This document shows positions 58,086 to 64,000 of a stretch of 64,000 bases of DNA, in pieces; within the stretch, counting starts at the first letter, position 1; each line of letters opens with the position of its first letter. Below the pieces are notes generated by a model. The model made no database searches, was not told the origin of the DNA, and worked only from the letters and a program-made list of their open reading frames with translations. Position numbers and translations under genes: made by a program. Where the stretch lies: assembly GCA_944332815.1 (NCBI GenBank), contig CALVKQ010000001.1, positions 178,579 through 242,578 on the forward strand. Reading direction: 5' to 3'. The DNA comes from an uncultured Clostridia bacterium. GTDB taxonomy: Bacteria > Bacillota > Clostridia > Christensenellales > CAG-917.

Positions 58086-59648
58086 TCAATACCTCCTGTA
58101 CATGGCTTTGTCGCCGTTGAAGAAGTATTCCGTGTTTTCTTCCCTCGCGTGAGTGTCGTACCACACCTGCGCGTAGAAAGGCATGAACTTCGCCAGCCTG
58201 TCGAAATCCCACGGCTCGGGCTGACAGCATACGGGGCACCAGTGTCCGGCTTTCAGCACCGTATAAGGCGACGCCCGGAATGTGTGACCGTCATGGCACT
58301 CCCATTGCAGCTTGGTGTAAAGGTCGCCCTTCACCATGCTCTCGCTCAGGCACTTGCCGCCGCGATACTCTGCCGCGCCCTTCATGTCCTCGATGTCGAG
58401 CTCGCTGTCCGGCTTGCTCTCGTCGTAACCGTGATTGAGCAGGAAGCCGTACTTTTTCAGGTTCTCCGTCTTGCGCATTTCGTCGTAATCAATGTTGCCG
58501 TCGGCGACTTCGCCCTTTGCCAGCACCGGGAAATCCTTCCAGCTTTTCGCCATGCATTTGATATTGTCTTCACTGCCGAAAAATGCACGAATACGACCTT
58601 TATCTCCCTGTTTGACCCATTCAAGCGGCGAATTGTCCGTTCCGAGCAATCTCTTGAAACCGAGTGCGGAGATGAGCCCGGAGGGCACGGCGGCGGCAGC
58701 TTTGTACACGGGGAACTTCTGCACTATGGCTTTGCAAAACTCGTCTATCGTCTGATGCTGATAGTCGAACATCCCGTTAAGAACATCCCCGTCCGCGAAC
58801 CACAGCCCGTGGAAATTGCGGATGGAATTCCAGCCCGGGCTCATGACTTTCTCTATGTCGCTGCCTATTGTGGTGAGGAGCTTCGCATAAGTGTCGTAAC
58901 CCGTTACGCGGTTCGCCGCTCCGCCGCCGAGGTTGTAACATCTCTTCCAGAACGCGTCCACCTCGCCTTTGAGGTCACGCTCAACTATGCGCTTTATCAG
59001 CAGACCGCTGTCGGGCGCGGTGGACCATTCGAGCGGCACGTTGATGACGGTGTGGAACATCAGCCCGTCGCTCATATTGTCCTTCATCATGTTGTAGTGC
59101 ACCATGGCTGTCTGCCTGATGACCGCCCAGTTTTTGAGGTCGCTGTCCAGCACATACCTCTCTCCGCGCAGTTTGCTTGCGGCATACACGTCGTAAACGC
59201 TGGGGAGCAGCGGATCGCCCACCCTTCCCCAGGGGTGCAGATAATTGCGGTGCCCGTACAACGCAACGGTGGAAATGTGCACGAACTTGGGCTGTTTTTC
59301 CCCCATCGCAGTCACCGCGTCCACCATGTTGCAGGTGCCGATATGATTGGCGCGCTTTGCCCCCTCGGGGTCGTGATCGGACGCCGGTGGGATGATCGCT
59401 CCCACATGAAATACGTAATCGCTGTCCGCGACCAACTGCTTGCAGGACTCCGCGTCCGCGAGATCCCCCCACACCGCTTCCACGCGCTTGCCGTAGCTGC
59501 GGCGCGCAGCTGCCGCAAATTGCTTATCCTTAGTCGTGCGGCGGACCAGGAACTTGACCTTTTCCACCTCGTTTAATTCCAGGAGCTGCCTCAGACACTC
59601 CCTTCCCATATTTCCGCTTGCTCCCGTGAGCGCAATGATGACCGACAT
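58086..59648 (-). CDS. Extended SDR / NAD-dependent epimerase-dehydratase-like protein with extra C-terminal Zn-ribbon-like domain
   Basis: IIALTGASGNMG (TGxxGxxG), YAASK (YxxxK), C-terminal LQWECHDGHTFRASPYTVLKAGHWCPVC. SD AGGAGG before ATG 59648. Confidence 0.8.
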   Translation of the reverse strand: MSVIIALTGASGNMGRECLRQLLELNEVEKVKFLVRRTTKDKQFAAAARRSYGKRVEAVWGDLADAESCKQLVADSDYVFHVGAIIPPASDHDPEGAKRANHIGTCNMVDAVTAMGEKQPKFVHISTVALYGHRNYLHPWGRVGDPLLPSVYDVYAASKLRGERYVLDSDLKNWAVIRQTAMVHYNMMKDNMSDGLMFHTVINVPLEWSTAPDSGLLIKRIVERDLKGEVDAFWKRCYNLGGGAANRVTGYDTYAKLLTTIGSDIEKVMSPGWNSIRNFHGLWFADGDVLNGMFDYQHQTIDEFCKAIVQKFPVYKAAAAVPSGLISALGFKRLLGTDNSPLEWVKQGDKGRIRAFFGSEDNIKCMAKSWKDFPVLAKGEVADGNIDYDEMRKTENLKKYGFLLNHGYDESKPDSELDIEDMKGAAEYRGGKCLSESMVKGDLYTKLQWECHDGHTFRASPYTVLKAGHWCPVCCQPEPWDFDRLAKFMPFYAQVWYDTHAREENTEYFFNGDKAMYRRY

Positions 59649-59677
59649 ATCTCGCCTCCTGTTCTTTTTTCACTTTG

Positions 59678-59735
59678 ATTCTACTCCCCGACTCTTACCC
59701 CCTCTTGACGAAAACCTTACATTTTTCTTACATTT
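59678..59735 (-). promoter_or_regulatory. Activator-type promoter of the six-gene operon: -10 TAGAAT, poor -35, plus 11-bp-phased direct repeat
   Basis: Minus-strand -10 TAGAAT (59683..59678) has no good -35. Upstream are AAATGTAAG x2 (plus-strand CTTACATTT at 59716-59724 and 59727-59735), centred roughly -50/-60. Confidence 0.45.
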
Positions 59736-59785
59736 ATCTTTATACCCTACCCGACCGCCCCTACTTTCCCTTTTCAGCACATAAG

Positions 59786-59816
59786 GAAAAAGCCCACGTT
59801 GCCGTGGGCTTTTTTC
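59786..59816. terminator. Bidirectional terminator distal to the ppdK 3' tandem array
   Basis: AAAAAGCCCACGttgcCGTGGGCTTTTTT. Lies after the three extra repeat units, so these would be transcribed as ppdK 3' UTR. Confidence 0.7.
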
Positions 59817-59827
59817 GTTTCGCGTGA

Positions 59828-60103
59828 TTTCTTGCGAGGGTTCTTGATGTTCGCCTGCGCTGCCGCTTATGCGGCGAAGCAGCTTCGGCGGCCTGTCACC
59901 CTACAATTACTTGCGAGGGTTCTTGATATTCGCCTGCGCTGCCGCTCATGCGGCGAAGCAGCTTCGGCGGTCTGTCACCCTACAATTACTTGCGAGGGTT
60001 CTTGATATTCGCCTGCGCTGCCGCTTGTGCGGCGAAGCAGCTTCGGCGGTCCGTCACCCTACAATTACTTGCGAGGGTTCTTAATGTTCGCCTGCGCTGC
60101 CGC
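59828..60103 (-). repeat. 79-bp tandem array (3 units plus the genuine gene end) copying the ppdK terminus
   Basis: TTACTTGCGAGGGTTCTTrATrTTCGCCTGCGCTGCCGC occurs at 60065 (real stop), 59986, 59907 and 59828 (this last with TAA changed to AAA). The ~40-nt inter-copy segments are nearly identical. Confidence 0.95.
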
Positions 60104-62710
60104 AAGACGTGCGATGGGCACGCGGAAGGGGGAGCAGGAAACGTAATCCAGACCGACGTTGTGGCAGAACTCGATGGTGCTGGGATCGCCGCCGTGTTCG
60201 CCGCAGATGCCGAGGTGGATGTCGGGACGGGTGGCTCTGCCGAGCTCTGCCGCCATCTTGACGAGTTTGCCGACACCGACCTGGTCCAGCCTTGCGAAAG
60301 GATCGGACTCGTAGATCTTCTTGTCGTAGTACGCGCCGAGGAACTTGCCTGCGTCGTCGCGGCTGAAGCCGAAGGTCATCTGTGTGAGGTCGTTGGTGCC
60401 GAAGGAGAAGAATTCCGCTTCGGTCGCGATGGCATCCGCGGTGAGCGCCGCACGAGGTATCTCGATCATGGTGCCGACCTTGTAAGTCATCTTGACGCCT
60501 GCCGCCTTGATGCACTCATCGGCGGTTTTGGTGACGACAGACTTGACATACGCCAGCTCTTTGACTTCGCCCACCAGGGGGATCATGATCTCGGGCACGA
60601 CGTTCCAATCCGCGTGTCTTGCCTGCACTGCGAGAGCCGCCTGGATGACCGCCTTGGTCTGCATGACTGCGATCTCGGGATAGGTGACGGCGAGTCTGCA
60701 TCCGCGATGACCCATCATGGGGTTGAACTCGTGCAGAGAGGTGATGACGTCCTTGACTTCCTTGACGGTCATGCCCATATCGTCGGCGAGCGTCTTGATG
60801 TCTGCCTCTTCGGTGGGGACGAACTCATGGAGAGGAGGATCAAGGAAGCGGATGGTGACGGGAGTGCCTTCGAGCGCCTCATACAGCGCTTCGAAGTCGC
60901 CCTGCTGCATGGGAAGGAGTTTGGCAAGAGCCTTTTCTCTCTTCTCAACGGTGTCGGACACGATCATTTCGCGCATTGCCATGATCCTGTCGGGCTCGAA
61001 GAACATATGCTCGGTGCGGCAGAGGCCGATGCCTTCCGCGCCGAAGGAACGCGCCTGACGTGCATCCTTGGGGGTGTCGGCGTTGGTCCTGACGTGCAGA
61101 GCGCGATACTTGTCCGCCCATGCCATGATCCTGCCGAAATCGCCCGTGACGGAAGCGTCGACGGTGGCGATGGCTTCGCCGTAGATGTTGCCGGTGGAGC
61201 CGTCCAGAGAGATCCAATCGCCCTCATGGAAGGTCTTGCCGCCCAGCGTGAACACTTTCTTTTCCTCGTCGATGACTATCTCGCCGCAGCCGGAAACACA
61301 GCAGGTGCCCATGCCGCGCGCGACGACCGCCGCGTGAGAGGTCATACCGCCGCGGACGGTGAGGATGCCCTGTGCGTAATGCATGCCTTCGATGTCCTCG
61401 GGAGAGGTTTCGAGGCGGACGAGCACGACTTTCTTTTCACCTTTGTTGGTGACCCAATCGGTGGCGTCTTCCGCAGTGAAGACGACCTTGCCGCATGCCG
61501 CGCCGGGAGATGCGGGGAGCGCGTGTCCGATGGGCTTCGCCGCTTTGAGCGCCTTGGCGTCAAACTGAGGATGCAGCAGCGCGTCGAGCTGTTTGGGGTC
61601 GATCATGCAGACTGCCTCTTTCTCGTTGATCATGCCCTCGTCCACGAGGTCGCAGGCGATCTTGAGAGCGGCGGTCGCGGTGCGCTTGCCGTTTCTGGTC
61701 TGGAGCATGAAGAGCTTGCCCTCTTCGATGGTGAACTCCATGTCCTGCATATCCCTGTAATGCTTTTCAAGGGTGTCGACGATCTTCACGAACTGCTCGT
61801 ACACCGCAGGATTGGTTTCTTTGAGGTGAGAGATGGGGGAGGGGGTGCGCACGCCTGCCACGACGTCCTCGCCCTGCGCGTTCATGAGGTACTCGCCGAA
61901 GAGCCCCTTCTCGCCGGTGGCGGGGTTGCGGGAGAACGCAACGCCGGTGCCGGAGGTTTCGCCCATGTTGCCGAACACCATCATCTGCACGTTGACCGCA
62001 GTGCCCCAATCGCCGGGGATGTCGTTCATGCGGCGATAGTAGATGGCGCGAGGATTGTTCCAGCTGCGGAAGACCGCCTTGATGGCGCCCATGAGCTGTT
62101 CCTTGGGATCCTGGGGGAAGTCCGCCCCGATCTTCGCCTTGTACTCTGCCTTGAACTGTTCGGCGAGTTCTTTAAGGTCGTCGGCGTCGAGTTCGGTGTC
62201 CTGCTTGACGCCCTTCTTTTCCTTCATCTCGTCGATGAGTTCCTCAAAATACTTCTTGCCGACTTCCATGACGACGTCGGAATACATCTGAATGAAACGA
62301 CGATAGCTGTCGTATGCGAAACGACGGTTGTTGGTCTTTGCCGCAAACCTCTCCACGACCTCGTCATTGAGCCCGAGGTTGAGGATGGTGTCCATCATGC
62401 CGGGCATGGAAGCACGGGCGCCGGAACGCACGGAAACGAGCAGCGGATTGTCCAGAGAGCCGAACTCCTTGCCGACGAGTTTCTCGAGCTTGGCGATGTT
62501 TTCCATGATCTCCGCCTGGATGGAGTCGTTGATGACTTCGCCGTCATTGTAGTACTGCGTGCAAGCCTCGGTGGTGATGGTGAACCCCTGGGGCACAGGC
62601 ATACCGAGTTTGGTCATTTCCGCAAGGTTCGCGCCCTTGCCGCCAAACATAGCGCGTCTGTCGCAGTTGGCTTCGCTCGCCTCTTTGAACTGGTAAACGA
62701 ATTTCTTCAT
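60065..62710 (-). CDS. ppdK: Pyruvate, phosphate dikinase
   Basis: 881 aa. MKKFVYQFKEA..., GGKGANLAEM, phospho-His loop GGMTSHAAVVARGMG, C-terminal PEP-utilising TIM barrel. The + ORF 59948..62734 is a shadow. Confidence 0.96.
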   Translation of the reverse strand: MKKFVYQFKEASEANCDRRAMFGGKGANLAEMTKLGMPVPQGFTITTEACTQYYNDGEVINDSIQAEIMENIAKLEKLVGKEFGSLDNPLLVSVRSGARASMPGMMDTILNLGLNDEVVERFAAKTNNRRFAYDSYRRFIQMYSDVVMEVGKKYFEELIDEMKEKKGVKQDTELDADDLKELAEQFKAEYKAKIGADFPQDPKEQLMGAIKAVFRSWNNPRAIYYRRMNDIPGDWGTAVNVQMMVFGNMGETSGTGVAFSRNPATGEKGLFGEYLMNAQGEDVVAGVRTPSPISHLKETNPAVYEQFVKIVDTLEKHYRDMQDMEFTIEEGKLFMLQTRNGKRTATAALKIACDLVDEGMINEKEAVCMIDPKQLDALLHPQFDAKALKAAKPIGHALPASPGAACGKVVFTAEDATDWVTNKGEKKVVLVRLETSPEDIEGMHYAQGILTVRGGMTSHAAVVARGMGTCCVSGCGEIVIDEEKKVFTLGGKTFHEGDWISLDGSTGNIYGEAIATVDASVTGDFGRIMAWADKYRALHVRTNADTPKDARQARSFGAEGIGLCRTEHMFFEPDRIMAMREMIVSDTVEKREKALAKLLPMQQGDFEALYEALEGTPVTIRFLDPPLHEFVPTEEADIKTLADDMGMTVKEVKDVITSLHEFNPMMGHRGCRLAVTYPEIAVMQTKAVIQAALAVQARHADWNVVPEIMIPLVGEVKELAYVKSVVTKTADECIKAAGVKMTYKVGTMIEIPRAALTADAIATEAEFFSFGTNDLTQMTFGFSRDDAGKFLGAYYDKKIYESDPFARLDQVGVGKLVKMAAELGRATRPDIHLGICGEHGGDPSTIEFCHNVGLDYVSCSPFRVPIARLAAAQANIKNPRK

Positions 62711-62796
62711 TTGAAACCTCCTGATGGTTCTTAAATTTCTTTGTTTTAATCATAGAGAGTCTAGCAAAAAAAGATATTTTGGGCAAGCGATTTCGG

Positions 62797-62825
62797 TTGC
62801 GTTGGGATTTTTTTTTTGCTAATAT
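62797..62825 (+). promoter_or_regulatory. Promoter for corA (TTGCGT-17-TAATAT)
   Basis: TTGCGTtgggattttttttttgcTAATAT, about 130 nt before the ATG. Confidence 0.45.
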
Positions 62826-62957
62826 GATTAAGACGAAAACATTTTGAGGTGCAGAATGGACTCCGACTGTCGAAGTTGCCATCATCCAAGATAATCCGCT
62901 CGTGTCAGAGGGTTTTCTCCGGCACGGCGTTTTATGCGCATCACCGGAGGAAACGAT

Positions 62958-63917
62958 ATGCTCCAGGTCTACAAGAAACTCAATAAAGCAACCATCACCG
63001 TGGATCTCGCTCTCGTGAACGAAACCTACGATTTTCGCGATCACTGGATCCATATGTCCAACCCCACCGACAAGGAGATCGAGCTCATTGCCCGTTCCAC
63101 CGGCGTCGCGGAGGACATGATCAAAGCCGCGCTGGACGAAGAAGAGCGCGCGCGTGTGGAAAAGGACGACGACACCGGCGCCCTTCTGGTGGTCACCGAC
63201 ATCCCCTTCACCGAAGAGGACGAGGACCATTACACTTACACCACCCTCCCCTTCGGCTTCATCTCCACCTCCGAGGTGATGATCACCGTCTGTCTGGAAG
63301 AAACCAGCCTCATAGACGATATGCTTTCGGCTCGCTTTGTGAAGGACTTCAACTTGCACAAACGCACCCGTTTCCTCATACAGCTGCAATACACCATATC
63401 CAAAAAGTTTCTCCATTACCTCAAACAGATAGACCGCGCCAGCCAGCGCGTCCAGAATGTGCTGGAAAGATCCATGAAAAACGCGGAGCTCATCGAGATG
63501 CTGGACCTGGAAAAATCGCTGGTCTACATCTCCACCTCCCTGCGCTCCAACAACGTGGTGCTGGACAAACTGCCCAAAATGGTGAAGTTCTTTGAAGAGG
63601 ACGAGGATCTTTGGGAAGACGTGGTGATAGAAAACAAACAGGCTATCGAAATGTCCAACATCTACCGCGACATACTCTCCGGCACCATGGACGCGTACGC
63701 CTCCATCATATCCAACAACCTGAACGTGGTCATGAAAGTGCTGACCTCCCTCACCCTGCTGGTCGCCATCCCGAGCATGATAGGCGCGTTCTGGGGCATG
63801 AACACCGGCGTCCCCTTCGAGGACGAAAGCTGGGGATTTTGGGTGGTCATCGGCATATCCGTCGTCGTCTGCCTCGTCGCAGGCATCGTGCTTTGGAAGA
63901 AACGCTTCCTCAAATGA
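62958..63917 (+). CDS. corA: CorA-family magnesium/cobalt transporter
   Basis: GAFWGMNTGVPF (GMN motif) followed by a final TM helix. SD GGAGGAAA before ATG 62958. Confidence 0.9.
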   Translation: MLQVYKKLNKATITVDLALVNETYDFRDHWIHMSNPTDKEIELIARSTGVAEDMIKAALDEEERARVEKDDDTGALLVVTDIPFTEEDEDHYTYTTLPFGFISTSEVMITVCLEETSLIDDMLSARFVKDFNLHKRTRFLIQLQYTISKKFLHYLKQIDRASQRVQNVLERSMKNAELIEMLDLEKSLVYISTSLRSNNVVLDKLPKMVKFFEEDEDLWEDVVIENKQAIEMSNIYRDILSGTMDAYASIISNNLNVVMKVLTSLTLLVAIPSMIGAFWGMNTGVPFEDESWGFWVVIGISVVVCLVAGIVLWKKRFLK

Positions 63918-64000
63918 CCCTCCGCGCGGACGGCTCCTCCCGAACCGCAGGACGCCTCTCCCTCCGCACCCCGACCCCACCCTCACCGCACCGGACCTCC

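Noticed and set aside
59828-60103. CRISPR-like appearance: four ~39-bp repeats separated by ~40-bp 'spacers'.
   Set aside because: The 'spacers' are nearly identical to each other, the 'repeat' is the ppdK coding terminus, and no cas genes are present. It is a 79-bp tandem repeat, not a CRISPR array.
62826-62957. M-box (Mg2+) riboswitch ahead of corA.
   Set aside because: The leader is only ~130 nt, shorter than an M-box aptamer plus expression platform, and I could not find the conserved M-box helices by eye.

Overview
64-kb chromosomal window from a high-G+C Bacillota (Clostridia-like) genome; this placement is an inference from gene content and order (tmk-holB-ricT, comFC, recD2, nrdDG). 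I support 41 protein genes plus one doubtful uORF. Most are housekeeping: secA (partial), comFC, recD2, metK, rpoC, rpoB, ispDF, rplM-rpsI, glmS, a Sir2 deacylase, an aminotransferase, nrdDG, serS, leuS, tmk, holB, ricT, a ferredoxin, a P-type ATPase, ppdK and corA. Accessory content: a GH31 hydrolase with an XRE-cupin regulator, a sulfatase/GPH-transporter pair, an M28 peptidase, three lipoproteins, a hypB-X-hypA operon, and a six-gene redox/two-component operon. I found no rRNA, tRNA, CRISPR array, transposase or integrase. Many long ORFs in the track are antisense shadows typical of high-G+C DNA, and several real starts lie downstream of the longest ORF (chosen by SD sequence or ATGA overlap). 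Many operons carry near-consensus TTGACA-17-TATAAT promoters. Items most worth a second look: (1) the six-gene operon at 53.9-59.7 kb, which has a sensor-less tail-anchored histidine kinase; (2) the orphan hypB / 903-aa Fe-S flavoprotein / hypA operon; (3) a 79-bp tandem array that re-copies the ppdK 3' end; (4) a mosaic family of structured intergenic repeats filling three 0.8-1.2 kb gene-free regions, including a ~170-bp long-hairpin element with compensatory changes. All functional calls rest on motifs read by eye; no database search was run.
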